Shown: positions 10,695 through 20,341 of the stretch, piece by piece
How positions within the stretch are numbered: position 1 is the stretch's first letter
Layout: every line of letters starts with the position of its first letter
Source of the DNA: Dehalococcoidia bacterium
GTDB lineage: Bacteria; Chloroflexota; Dehalococcoidia; Lucifugimonadales; CAYTFF01
Length of the DNA stretch: 64,000 nucleotides
Assembly: GCA_965249025.1 (NCBI GenBank)
Contig: OZ252215.1
Span: 306,850-370,849, forward strand
Direction of reading: 5' to 3'
Notes under the pieces: generated by a model
Told to the model about the DNA's origin: nothing
What the model saw: only the letters and a program-made list of their open reading frames with translations
The model's database searches: none
Translations under genes and position numbers: made by a program

Positions 10695-11639
10695 ATGGCA
10701 GAGCAACAGGAGCTTATGGTGTATGTCAACGGGAAGATTGTGCCTGAGAGCCAGGCGGTTATATCGGCCCTGGACAGGGGCTTTCGGTGGGGAGACGCCG
10801 TCTACGACACTGAGCGCACCTTCAACGGGAAGGTCTTCAAGCTGGATGCTCATCTGGACAGGTTGTATCGCTCTCTCAATTACACCCATATAGACCCCGT
10901 GCTGACCTGGGAGGAGATGAAGAAGGCTACCCTAGAGGTGGTTGAGGCGAATCAGTCCCTTGTGAAAAAGCACGGTGATTTCAATGTAAACCAGGTGGTA
11001 AGTAGGGGTAACTTGAGCCCTGATATTCACAAGGGCTCTAACGTGGCCATCTATTGTAGGCCCATTACCCTCAAAGCGTACGCCAAGTACTACATCCAGG
11101 GTGTAAACGCAGCGACTCCGGCGACTAGAAGGACGCCTCCTGCAAGTCTCTCACCCAGGGCGAAGATAGCCAACAAGATGAACCATTTCGTCGCCGAATT
11201 CGAAGCTAAGCATTCGGACCCATCCATGTTTTCCCTCATGCTGGACATAAACGGAAACGTGGCGGAAGGCACTGGAGCCAACTTTATGTTTGTCCATAAG
11301 GGACGTATCAAGGTGCCCAACCGTCGCAACGTGCTTCAGGGCATTACTATGGAGACCATACTGGAGATGGCGGATAACCAGGGGATAGGATGGGATGAGG
11401 GGGACTACACGCCGATGGATGTATACAGCGCAGACGAGGCTTTCTTCTGCACCACCACCGCGTGCCTTATACCCACCAAGAGTCTGAATGGCTTGACGAT
11501 TGGCGATGGAAAGGTGCCAGGCCCGGTGAGCAGGAGCCTATTTGCAGCTTTTAGTGACACCGCGGGGTTTGATGTGATCGAGCAGGCGCTGGGCTTTCTG
11601 TCTCCTGAAGAGCGTCAGGAGCTGATGGCCGGCAAGTAA
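10695..11639 (+). CDS. Aminotransferase class IV (IlvE/Dat/PabC family)
   Basis: DRGFRWGDAVYDT, HLDRL, AEGTGANF, LQGIT. Confidence 0.9.
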   Translation: MAEQQELMVYVNGKIVPESQAVISALDRGFRWGDAVYDTERTFNGKVFKLDAHLDRLYRSLNYTHIDPVLTWEEMKKATLEVVEANQSLVKKHGDFNVNQVVSRGNLSPDIHKGSNVAIYCRPITLKAYAKYYIQGVNAATPATRRTPPASLSPRAKIANKMNHFVAEFEAKHSDPSMFSLMLDINGNVAEGTGANFMFVHKGRIKVPNRRNVLQGITMETILEMADNQGIGWDEGDYTPMDVYSADEAFFCTTTACLIPTKSLNGLTIGDGKVPGPVSRSLFAAFSDTAGFDVIEQALGFLSPEERQELMAGK

Positions 11640-11756
11640 GGTCGACATCCGACGCTGGCGAAAAGGCGTGGTCTTAACAGGATCTCGATGGCTGCATGAG
11701 CAGACCACCTAGCTATAGGTTTGCCTATTTCGTTCGGCGGGACATGAGGTAGCGAT

Positions 11757-11801
11757 ATGAAGTCAGGTATAGGAATCCCCACCTTTCACAAGAGATTATA
11801 G
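11757..11801 (+). pseudogene. 14-codon relic of an LLM gene N-terminus (MKSGIGIPTFHKRL*)
   Basis: GAGGT RBS; matches MKFGIGIPT starts of neighbouring LLMs; stop 2 nt before next GTG. Confidence 0.6.
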
Positions 11802-11803
11802 TC

Positions 11804-12841
11804 GTGAAGATAGACTTCGGCGCAGGAGATGGCCACAGTCTCTGGATCTCTGAAGTAGCTGACCTGGCACAGACTTTGGAAGAGAGCGGGTTATCTCACC
11901 TTACTTTCACTGACTCACAGAATCTCTGCCCCGATATATATGCCATGATGACCATTGCATCGTTGGGCACCCATCGCATTCGAATTGGGCCAGCGGTAAC
12001 CAACACATTTACGCGACATCCCTCTGTGACAGCTAATGGAATGGCCACTGTAAATGAAATATCGGGAGGGAGAGCCTTTATAGGGATCGGTCTAGGGCAG
12101 AGCTCTGTGGGAACTATGGGAATGCCCGCTCGTAATTTACAAGAACTTCGGGAGGTAGTTACGTTCCTAAATAAATACACTGCCGGCGAAGAAGCTGAAT
12201 TCAGAGGGGCAAGGATGCACTCCGAGTGGAGCTGTCGCCGGTTGCCTGTATACATCGCAGCCGAAGGAGCTAGGACATGTCAGCTAGCTGGAGAGATGGC
12301 TGATGGGGTAATCTCCACAGGCGTTGATCCGCGAGTCGTGAAGTGGAAATTGGAGCAAATAGAGAAAGGGGCACAGCAGGCGCAGCGTGATCCCTCTGAT
12401 GTGGACCTTTGGATACGAACCATGTGCTACGTGGCCGAAAGTAAGGAAGAGGCACGGCGGGAAGTCGCCAACTATACCGCACTCTGCGCCACGGCCCTCT
12501 ACTTTTCTTTGAGCCGCGGAGAAAATAACCCACAGATTCAAAAGCTGCGCAAGGAACTGGGGACGGAACTGACGGAAGAGATCAAGAGGGTACACGATTT
12601 TTACCAGACCTCTGACTACCATGACCTATCGCGGGCTGATGATCTGCGTCGTAAGCTTGTGTCACAGAAGCTGATAGACTTGTTCATTCTGAGTGGCACA
12701 CCAGACGACATCTCTGAAGCCATCTATAAAATGGCACGGGCAGGCGTCAAGACGATTTCGATCTCGTTATACACCGTCCAAGATAAGAGAGGCATGGTAC
12801 GGGAGATAAGCAACACCATCATGCCCCACTTCCGCAGTTAA
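11804..12841 (+). CDS. LLM class oxidoreductase (Mer-like subfamily)
   Basis: DSQ, IRIGPAVTN.FTRHP, SGGRAFIGIG.G, AGEMADG. Confidence 0.9.
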   Translation: MKIDFGAGDGHSLWISEVADLAQTLEESGLSHLTFTDSQNLCPDIYAMMTIASLGTHRIRIGPAVTNTFTRHPSVTANGMATVNEISGGRAFIGIGLGQSSVGTMGMPARNLQELREVVTFLNKYTAGEEAEFRGARMHSEWSCRRLPVYIAAEGARTCQLAGEMADGVISTGVDPRVVKWKLEQIEKGAQQAQRDPSDVDLWIRTMCYVAESKEEARREVANYTALCATALYFSLSRGENNPQIQKLRKELGTELTEEIKRVHDFYQTSDYHDLSRADDLRRKLVSQKLIDLFILSGTPDDISEAIYKMARAGVKTISISLYTVQDKRGMVREISNTIMPHFRS

Positions 12842-12931
12842 ATGTACATTCTGGTTCCCCAAATAAGTCGTCGAGGTTCTCGGAATGATGAAACATAAAG
12901 GCCAGCCAGAGCCTAAGGTAAGGGAAAGGTA

Positions 12932-13945
12932 ATGAAGTTAGGGATAGGATTACCCACCTCTCATCAAGGGGTCTATTTGCCCAACCCCTTCGCAGGGCCT
13001 GACAAGATTTTAGCCTTTACCCAGGCGGTGGAGAATTTGGGCTTCTATTCTGCATGGGGCCTCGATTTCATGACTCCGACGGAGAGTCGACGCAGAGCCT
13101 CAGGAGAGCAGCTTGAATGGCATGAGGTCATGGTCAGCCTTTCTTATCTGGCCGCCGTGACGGATAAGATCAAGCTGGGCACCGCAACAGTGGTGCTGCC
13201 TCACAGGGATCCAGTCATGCTGGCGAAGCAGGCAGCGACCCTGGATGTGTTCAGCAACGGACGTCTTCTTCTAGGGATAGGTCTGGGAGGTTCCCGCGAC
13301 GAGTTTGAGGCCATTAGGCCCAGGGATAGTAAGGCGCATAGGGGCAGGATGCTTCTGGAAAGCCTTGAAGCCATGCACCTCCTGTTTACCCAGGACGACG
13401 TCACATTCAAGGGCGAATACGTAGAGTTCAACGGACTGTCGCTGCACCCCAAGCCTGTACAGAACCCGTTTCCTTTTTATATTTCTGGAAAGACCCCGGA
13501 TGTTCCAAGGCGTATAGCCAAGTGGGGCACTGGCTGGCTTCTTTCACGGGCGGACCCAAGGACGGTTCAGGAGAGGGTAGAGACCTTGTATCCATATTTG
13601 CAGGAGATGAGTAGGGACAGGTCGGAGATCGACATAGTGGTCACTAAGGGGTTGAGCATTGGTAGGACCCGTGAAGATGCTGTGAAGCGTTTTCAAAATA
13701 GCATGCTTCCCGGCCGCATGGACGTTATGGCGACAAATATGGGATTTGGCGGCCGCCCGTCTGAGGAAAGGGTCTATCGGCAAAACCTAATAGGGACTCC
13801 TGATGATATAAAGGAGCAGTTGGACAGGGCCAGGCAAGAGGGCGTAGACCACTGCGTGATCTTCTACTTTGCCGTTGGCAATTTTCAGGAGATGATGGAG
13901 CAGGCTCAGTGGTTTGGCGAGGAGATCATGCCGGAGTTTAGCTAA
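12932..13945 (+). CDS. LLM class flavin/F420-dependent oxidoreductase
   Basis: IKLGTATVVLPHRDPVMLAKQAATLDVFSNGR; PKPVQ. Confidence 0.92.
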   Translation: MKLGIGLPTSHQGVYLPNPFAGPDKILAFTQAVENLGFYSAWGLDFMTPTESRRRASGEQLEWHEVMVSLSYLAAVTDKIKLGTATVVLPHRDPVMLAKQAATLDVFSNGRLLLGIGLGGSRDEFEAIRPRDSKAHRGRMLLESLEAMHLLFTQDDVTFKGEYVEFNGLSLHPKPVQNPFPFYISGKTPDVPRRIAKWGTGWLLSRADPRTVQERVETLYPYLQEMSRDRSEIDIVVTKGLSIGRTREDAVKRFQNSMLPGRMDVMATNMGFGGRPSEERVYRQNLIGTPDDIKEQLDRARQEGVDHCVIFYFAVGNFQEMMEQAQWFGEEIMPEFS

Positions 13946-14200
13946 GCCTGAGGACATGCTACGCATTGTTGTGCCCTGATGAAGCAATATTGGATCAGTG
14001 AGCCAAAAGCCAACGCGCTCCGTTGGGTGACTACTTTTTTGGCTCCTTGACGATGCCCTCAGATGCGACAGGCGACCAAAGGGATTTCCTTGCTAATCTT
14101 GTATGCGGTTTGGGTACCCTTTTTTATTGTGGTGCTTTTCGTCTAGCTGAGGCTTGTTCTAATACTTCCAAACTTCTAATAGCTTGGACGACGGTTCCAT

Positions 14201-14812
14201 CTATGCGAAACGCGCTATGAACTTTTTGGCGTCGCTTGACCATGACGGAGAGGCGGCAGATATACAGTCCTCTGGGACAGCTGCAAAATATCCCAAATTG
14301 AAGGCTGTACATACCGTTGGCAAGATTCCCACCTCTGCTCCGAATCCTACAACCACAATCGCTTTAATATCGTTTGAGCGCAGTACCATGTCCAGATTTG
14401 TACCAATGAAGGAGTCCACCCTGAACTTGGGAATGACAACATCGTCTTTCTGAGGCTTTAGCTCAACGATGTTTTCCCAACCCCAGGTTCCATGAAGGAC
14501 GTGATGAACAAAGTTGGAGTTGCTAATTCGATCGTATTCCTTGACCACCATCGGGTCCGAATATGTCCTGTAGTCAGCAAAACGTGTGAAGCGCACATAT
14601 ATTATTTTGACGCGCAACTGGCGGGCCGCTTCCAGTACTTTGACTATAGGAGGAATGATATTTGAAAGGTCGCCCCTACGGTCCTGTTTATCGAACGCAC
14701 CACCTAGCGCTGTGAAGTCGTTTAGCATTTCGTGAACTATAAGGGTTGTGTGAGAAGGTCTAAGGATCTTCCCATAGCTTTCTGGGATATGCCTTCCTTG
14801 AAACGTTATCAT
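14201..14812 (-). CDS. Isochorismatase-fold protein, degenerate active site; frame continues past TAG to 14159
   Basis: GTWGWE, KFRVDSFIGTNLD; nucleophile loop reads GFGAEVGI without Cys. Confidence 0.75.
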   Translation of the reverse strand: MITFQGRHIPESYGKILRPSHTTLIVHEMLNDFTALGGAFDKQDRRGDLSNIIPPIVKVLEAARQLRVKIIYVRFTRFADYRTYSDPMVVKEYDRISNSNFVHHVLHGTWGWENIVELKPQKDDVVIPKFRVDSFIGTNLDMVLRSNDIKAIVVVGFGAEVGILPTVCTAFNLGYFAAVPEDCISAASPSWSSDAKKFIARFA

Positions 14813-15028
14813 CAGCTATAACTCCACATAATATTGCAGTTGAATTTGTAACTTTCGGCTTGCCTGAATCCAAATTGTATACGGATTTTCCGACGAGCAG
14901 ATAGTAACACTTGCTCTAAAGGGCGTCAATTGCTAGATCGGTTCTCCGAATATCTCTCAATTGTACATCTAAAGCACCGTTTTAGCGCGAGCACCCCGAT
15001 ATTTTTGTTAGATACTATATAATGTTAG

Positions 15029-15057
15029 TTGACAGTCCGAGAACCCGAGCGTAACAT
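15029..15057 (+). promoter_or_regulatory. Putative sigma70 promoter
   Basis: TTGACA-17nt-TAACAT upstream of 15129. Confidence 0.6.
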
Positions 15058-15128
15058 CTGTAGTGTTTCAGAACCTTACGTATTGCATTGAATTATGGGC
15101 AGGAATTAGCTATTCATAGGGGGGTTCG

Positions 15129-16160
15129 ATGAAATTTGGAATTGGGATACCCACCCAGCATCAGGGGGTTTACCTGCCCTCTCCCTTCGCTGGGCCTGAT
15201 GAGATTGTGGCTGTCACCCAGCTGGCGGAGAGATTAGGATTCTATTCCGCCTGGGGACTGGACTATAGGATAATTGACAAAAGTAGGATGAAGGTCAAAC
15301 CGCAGTGGCACGAAATAATGATAAGTCTCTCCTATCTAGCGGCGGTGACAAAGAACATCAGGCTGGGCACCGGAGTCATAATGCTTCCAATTAGAGACCC
15401 TATGTTGTTAGCCCAGCAAGCGGCGACCCTGGACATCTTTAGCAACGGGCGTTTTCTTCTAGGCATAGGCCTGGGAGGTTCCAGGGATGAGTTCGAGGCC
15501 ATTAGGCCCAGGGATGCAAAGGCGCATAGGGGAAGAATGCTTTCGGAGAGCCTAGAAGCAATGCACCTCCTTTTTACTCAGGACGATGTCACATTCAAAG
15601 GCGAATATCACGAGTTCCACAACGTTTCGCTGTATCCTAAACCTGTGCAAAAGCCATTCCCAATTTATATCTCTGGCAAGGCACCCGATACTCCTAAGAG
15701 AGTGGCAAAATGGGGCACCGGCTGGCTTCTCTCTCGAATGCAGATTAAGGCAGTCCAGGAAAGAATAGAGGAGCTGTATCCCTATTTAGAGGAGATGGGT
15801 CGTGATAGGTCGGAGATAGATATCGTGGCCAGCAAAGGCTTAAGCATAGGAAGGACCCATGAAGAGGCTCTGGAACGGTTCATGAATAGTAAGCTACCGG
15901 GTCGAATGAATGCCATAGTTAAGCAACCTGGAAACGTAGTCCCTGGAGAGCCTATTAGCGCTAACCCCTCGGTGGAGCGGCTCTATCAGCAAAATCTTAT
16001 TGGCACCCCAGACGAGATAAAGGAGCAGTTGGACAAGGTCAGACAGGAGGGCGTAGACCACTGTGGAATCGAGTACTTCGCCGTTAATCGATTCGATGAG
16101 ATGATGGAGCAGGTTCAGTGGTTCGGCGAGGAGATCATGCCGGAGTTTAGCGGCGACTAA
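15129..16160 (+). CDS. LLM class flavin/F420-dependent oxidoreductase (close paralog of 12932)
   Basis: Same motifs; long near-identical nucleotide stretches with 12932..13945. Confidence 0.92.
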   Translation: MKFGIGIPTQHQGVYLPSPFAGPDEIVAVTQLAERLGFYSAWGLDYRIIDKSRMKVKPQWHEIMISLSYLAAVTKNIRLGTGVIMLPIRDPMLLAQQAATLDIFSNGRFLLGIGLGGSRDEFEAIRPRDAKAHRGRMLSESLEAMHLLFTQDDVTFKGEYHEFHNVSLYPKPVQKPFPIYISGKAPDTPKRVAKWGTGWLLSRMQIKAVQERIEELYPYLEEMGRDRSEIDIVASKGLSIGRTHEEALERFMNSKLPGRMNAIVKQPGNVVPGEPISANPSVERLYQQNLIGTPDEIKEQLDKVRQEGVDHCGIEYFAVNRFDEMMEQVQWFGEEIMPEFSGD

Positions 16161-16175
16161 AGAAGCTAAAGAATG

Positions 16176-16418
16176 TGCACCGCACCTTGACAGGCGTGGC
16201 ACAGGCTACCGCAGATTCTTCACTTCGTTCAGGATGATGGAAAAGGCACATCGAGGATTCTTCGGTCGTCCAATTGGGACTCCCTCAAGAATGACAGAAT
16301 AGGCGGGAGGAAAGATTCCTCGTCGCTCTGCTTCTCGGAATGACATGGCAGGCTCCAGACCCACAGCCCCGATCATCGGGGGATCTTCCTGTATAATGGC
16401 GGTCTTTTGTGCAAAGCG
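16176..16418. repeat. REP-like palindrome mosaic
   Basis: Three GATTC...GAATGAC-type half elements, GCACCGCACCTTGACAGGCGTGGCA hairpin (similar at ~24713) and a MITE-like end TTTTGTGCAAAGC. Confidence 0.7.
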
Positions 16419-16443
16419 GACAGACCACTTTGATGAGGTTGGC

Positions 16444-16794
16444 CTAAGACTGCTTGGCGAATCCTCCGAGCTGGGTTATCTTGCCGTTCTTAAAGGCAAA
16501 GAGGTCGCCGCCATTGATTTCCTGGGGGCCGGCGCCGGTAATGGTCCACTCCGCAAACCCCCACTCGTCGGTGGCGAAGAGAGCGCCTTTAAGGTTACCT
16601 TTAACGTTTGGCGCCTCCTTAAAGAATCCGCCAAGGTAGTCCTTTATGTCCTGCCATCCCTCTATTCTCTTGTCTCCTATGGTAACGAGCATAGCATCAT
16701 TAGCTACATAAGACATGGCCTCTTCCAGATTGTGTCGGTTAAAGGCATCCATGAAATCCTTTATTAACACAACGTTTTTCGCATCGCTTGGCAT
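16444..16794 (-). CDS. SnoaL/NTF2-like protein
   Basis: FMDAFNRH.LE, IEGWQDIKDY, DLFAFKNGKI. Confidence 0.85.
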   Translation of the reverse strand: MPSDAKNVVLIKDFMDAFNRHNLEEAMSYVANDAMLVTIGDKRIEGWQDIKDYLGGFFKEAPNVKGNLKGALFATDEWGFAEWTITGAGPQEINGGDLFAFKNGKITQLGGFAKQS

Positions 16795-17062
16795 ATGACA
16801 CCTCCTATAATAAGGTCATTAGAATGAGAAGCTTCACAAGAAAGCCTCACTAGATTCTTGGACGTCTCGCTATCGCTTAGTATACTGTGTGGCTTCATTT
16901 AAGACCACCCAGCCTGGCTCAAGGCCAAATAAGTAGAGGGTAACCTTAGATATCCTCCTTTCCTGGGGTCTGCACAATCCCTCTTCGAGATTTCAGGGGG
17001 CTCTACTATTTGGTGTCGTGATAGAATTCTAACCGCATCCATTTAACGGTAGGAGGTGCGCC

Positions 17063-18283
17063 TTGACTAGCAGGTACATCGATGCGCTTCTTAAGGAACC
17101 CGTGCCCCGGGAGTGGGCCTTTCCCGAATCCGAGTACCAGGGACGTCTGGTCAGGGTACGCAAGGCCATGAATGAGCAGGGCATAGACATTCTCCTTCTG
17201 CATAGCATTGTCGATATGTGCTATGTAACTGGCTACCAGACCCTCTGGCCCGATGTCTACTCATGTGTCGTGGTTCCCGCAGATGGCGATCCCTTTATGC
17301 AGACCTCGGAGATAGAGGCATCCTGCGCCATTCTTCACGGATATCTAAAGGACTTTGTACCGTTTCACTGGAGCGGCGCAGGGGGTGTAGCCGACCAGCT
17401 GGCCCAGCTATTAGAGGGCCGCGGCTATGGCAAGAGGCGCATCGGCGTTCAGAAGGGACGAATTGAGATAGGCAACCGAGGCCCGCTGGATGCCTCCGCC
17501 TATGAAAGGCTGACGGGGCTGCTCCCCAACGCAGAGTTCGTCGATGCCACGTTCCTGATGTTCGAGGTCAGGCTCAGGAAGTCGCCTGCCGAGGTAGACG
17601 CCCTGAGACGCGCCGCTGGCTTCACCATTGCTGGAATGAATGCGGCCATCGATGCTACCAGCGCCGACGTCCTTGACAACGACGTGGCCGCGGTGGCCGC
17701 CGACGGTATGCTAAGGGCGGGATCCGAGTCCTTTTCCATGGATCCGGTGGTCAGCGCGGGACATCGCTCCGGCTGGTTCCACACGAATTTCAAGCGGTAC
17801 AGGCTACAGCCAGGCGACCACGTACTGCTGGAGATGGGAGGCGTGTATCAGCGATACTGCGCGCCGCTGATGAGGACGGTGGCACTGGGGGAGCTTTCGG
17901 GCCAGGCCAGAAGGCTGGACGACGCCCTATCCGATACCTTGAACCTTCTGTACGAGAATATCAAGCCAGGTCGCACCGCCCACGACGTAGCCGTGGCCGC
18001 TGCCAAAGGACTGAGACCCATTCAGGATATGGGCATATTCCGCTCTGGGATGCTTGGCTACTCTGTGGGCTTGGGCTTCCCCAGCACCTGGACCGATGGG
18101 CCAATGTATCTCATGGAGGGCAACGATAGGGTCTTGGAGCCTGGAATGGTCTTTCATACGCCACCCAGTCTTCGCATCCCCAGGGAGCTGGTCATCGGCT
18201 TCAGCGACACCTTCGTCGTGACCGAGGCTGGATATGAGCTTCTGACCGATGGCAGGCGCAGGACGGTGGTGAAGGAAAGCTAG
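17063..18283 (+). CDS. M24 family creatinase/ectoine hydrolase (DoeA/EutD)-like protein
   Basis: FPESEYQGRL.RVR, RKSPAE, RYCAPLMRT, GYSVGLGFP, LEPGMVFH. Confidence 0.85.
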   Translation: MTSRYIDALLKEPVPREWAFPESEYQGRLVRVRKAMNEQGIDILLLHSIVDMCYVTGYQTLWPDVYSCVVVPADGDPFMQTSEIEASCAILHGYLKDFVPFHWSGAGGVADQLAQLLEGRGYGKRRIGVQKGRIEIGNRGPLDASAYERLTGLLPNAEFVDATFLMFEVRLRKSPAEVDALRRAAGFTIAGMNAAIDATSADVLDNDVAAVAADGMLRAGSESFSMDPVVSAGHRSGWFHTNFKRYRLQPGDHVLLEMGGVYQRYCAPLMRTVALGELSGQARRLDDALSDTLNLLYENIKPGRTAHDVAVAAAKGLRPIQDMGIFRSGMLGYSVGLGFPSTWTDGPMYLMEGNDRVLEPGMVFHTPPSLRIPRELVIGFSDTFVVTEAGYELLTDGRRRTVVKES

Positions 18284-18315
18284 GTTGCTCGTAGATCAAA
18301 GATGCCTCACCTAGG

Positions 18316-18422
18316 TGTCATTGCGAGGCCCGACGAAGGAGGGCTGTGGCAATCTGGTAGGGATAGGTCCCTGCCATCAGATTGCTTCGTCGTCCTGATG
18401 AATCGGGACTTCTCGTAATGAC
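18316..18422. repeat. REP-like palindromic element
   Basis: GTCATTGCGAG...GCAATCT / AGATTGCT...CTCGTAATGAC inverted ends. Confidence 0.8.
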
Positions 18423-18466
18423 AATTCATGGTCATATTCTCAAGGACGTCACTCTAGCACTAAAGG

Positions 18467-19492
18467 CTAGTCAAGCTGGGCGTCTTGGCTTCCTTGTATC
18501 TTAGGAATGACCTCTTCGGCGATTCTTCGGACGGTGGTCATGTAGTGGTCGAAGCTGCGCGCCATTATTTTGAGTTCGATGTGGCTGGCGCCAGCGTCTA
18601 TGTAGGCTTGCAACTTTTCTATGACCTGTTCCGGTGTACCGAAGGCGCTGGCTTTCAACGCCTCCTCGGAGCTGCCGAGTCGGTCCCCTAAAGCAGGGGC
18701 AGCTAGTCGCAATGCCTTTTCATATGAGTCCTCGACTGCCGTAAAGACCTCTGGCCCGCAGGTGCACTCGCCAATCGAGCGACTTCTCTCGGCCAGGGCG
18801 TTGGCGAGGAACTCCATGTATCTGGCGAAAACATCGGGGGGTTCGTGGGCGACAAGCCATCCGTCGCCAAAGCGAGCGACGCGTCGCAGGGCCGCCTCGC
18901 TGCCTCCTACTACCCACCGTTTCAGACCGCGGGGTTTGGGGAAGAATCCTGCTCCTTCAAATGACAGATTCTCTCCCCTGAAGCTAGACAGCGTTTCATC
19001 GCTAAAGGCCGCATCCAGAGCCGCCAGGCGTTCGTCGGCCAGCCGTCCGCGACCCTTCCAGGGTATCTGCATCACGTCGAAGTCGTTTTCAACCCCTCCT
19101 ATGCCCACCGCATATATCAGCCGTCCGCCCGACAGCGCATATACGGTCAGTAGCTGTCTGGCCAGAACCCTGGGGTCTCTAAGGCTAACGACCAGGCCTG
19201 ACACGCCTACCATGATCCGGTTGGTGCGGCTGGCGATGAAGGATAGCGTGGTGAGGCTCTCGAAGAAGTTGGGGTCCTGGTCTGTCCACGCCTCCATCGA
19301 CCCGGCAGCGAAGTGGTCGCGTCTATCGTCGGTCCAGGATATGTGGTCATGGACCCAGACAAAGTCGTAGCCCAGGCTCTCGGCTTCCGTTGCGGCGTCT
19401 ATGACTGCTCGGGCTGTGGCAAAGGGGCCTGAGTTTGGCAGTCGCAACCCAAAGGTCACCCTGGGCTGGTCTTGTGAAGGTGGCTTGCTCAT
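18467..19492 (-). CDS. LLM class (F420-dependent) oxidoreductase
   Basis: FGLRLPNSGP, VWVHDH, SGGRL, RFGDGW; ATG overlaps CMD stop (ATGA). Confidence 0.9.
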   Translation of the reverse strand: MSKPPSQDQPRVTFGLRLPNSGPFATARAVIDAATEAESLGYDFVWVHDHISWTDDRRDHFAAGSMEAWTDQDPNFFESLTTLSFIASRTNRIMVGVSGLVVSLRDPRVLARQLLTVYALSGGRLIYAVGIGGVENDFDVMQIPWKGRGRLADERLAALDAAFSDETLSSFRGENLSFEGAGFFPKPRGLKRWVVGGSEAALRRVARFGDGWLVAHEPPDVFARYMEFLANALAERSRSIGECTCGPEVFTAVEDSYEKALRLAAPALGDRLGSSEEALKASAFGTPEQVIEKLQAYIDAGASHIELKIMARSFDHYMTTVRRIAEEVIPKIQGSQDAQLD

Positions 19493-19914
19493 CCGTCCTC
19501 CTTGGGAGTCTTTTCGTCGTGCAACTCTGCGAGCCTGTCCTCTGCCGCCTTCAAGGCGTACCGGCCGGAGTGCATATAGGTAACCATACCGCCTAGCTGA
19601 ATACACAGCGATACCATTTCTGCCACCTCTTGAGGCGTGGCTCCAGCCTCTATTGCCTTACGGGCGTGATAGTCAGATGGCATCACCCTGGCGCACTCGA
19701 TGGCCACGGCAAGCAGCTCCTTGTACTTCAATGGCAGCGCCCCGCCCTCTGGCGGGGTCTTGAAGGCGCCTTGTCTCAGGGTTAGATAGCCTATGACCAC
19801 CTCTGGGCAGTACTTGGCCAAGCGTTGGAACTCCTGGACGATGGCCTGGTCTTTGTAGTAGTCGCGAGCGTAGTCCAGGGCTGCCTGGAGGCCTTGGTTG
19901 GATGCGTTTTTCAT
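19489..19914 (-). CDS. Carboxymuconolactone decarboxylase (AhpD-like) family protein
   Basis: ALPLKYKELLAVAI, HARKAIEAGATPQEVAE. Confidence 0.85.
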   Translation of the reverse strand: MKNASNQGLQAALDYARDYYKDQAIVQEFQRLAKYCPEVVIGYLTLRQGAFKTPPEGGALPLKYKELLAVAIECARVMPSDYHARKAIEAGATPQEVAEMVSLCIQLGGMVTYMHSGRYALKAAEDRLAELHDEKTPKEDG

Positions 19915-19944
19915 ATCTAACTTCCGCTCTGGGTTTATTTGGCC

Positions 19945-20325
19945 TCGTACTTCGACAGGCTCAGCACGAGCGGGGGCTTAGGACGGTGTACATAGCAAAA
20001 ACCCCTACTCACTCTGAGCTAAGCCTGTAGTGGTTCTGTCGAAGTATCGAAGGGTAAGTATAGTATAAAAACTGCTACTATGTCATTCCGAGCACTTCGA
20101 CTACGCTCAGCATAAACTCCGTGAGGAATCTATCAACTCCCCTTCAAGCAATGAGCAACGACAGATTCCTCGTCGTTTCACTCCTCGGAATGACAGCATA
20201 AGTACTCGACCTCGCCCTAAAGGACGAGGCATCGATGCCCCATGCTTCAGCATGGGGTCGTGAATTCCAACGTCCGCATAAGTGTCATTCCGAGGACGCT
20301 GACCTGTCGGGATCGGAACGACATG
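19945..20325. repeat. REP-like palindrome mosaic
   Basis: CTTCGACAGGCTCAGCACGAGCG, TGTCATTCCGAG...AGATTCCT...CTCGGAATGACA units. Confidence 0.8.
20199..20264 (-). mobile_element. IS200/IS605-like two-hairpin mini-element (copy 1)
   Basis: CCTCGCCCTAAAGGACGAGG + CCCCATGCTTCAGCATGGGG hairpins; repeated at 21809, 23295, 24810. Confidence 0.55.
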
Positions 20326-20341
20326 GGTAACTACATTTCTT

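Noticed and set aside
10674-10697. Read-through fusion of isochorismatase and class IV aminotransferase (same frame across TAG)
   Set aside because: Both proteins are complete and the downstream gene has its own GGAGG RBS
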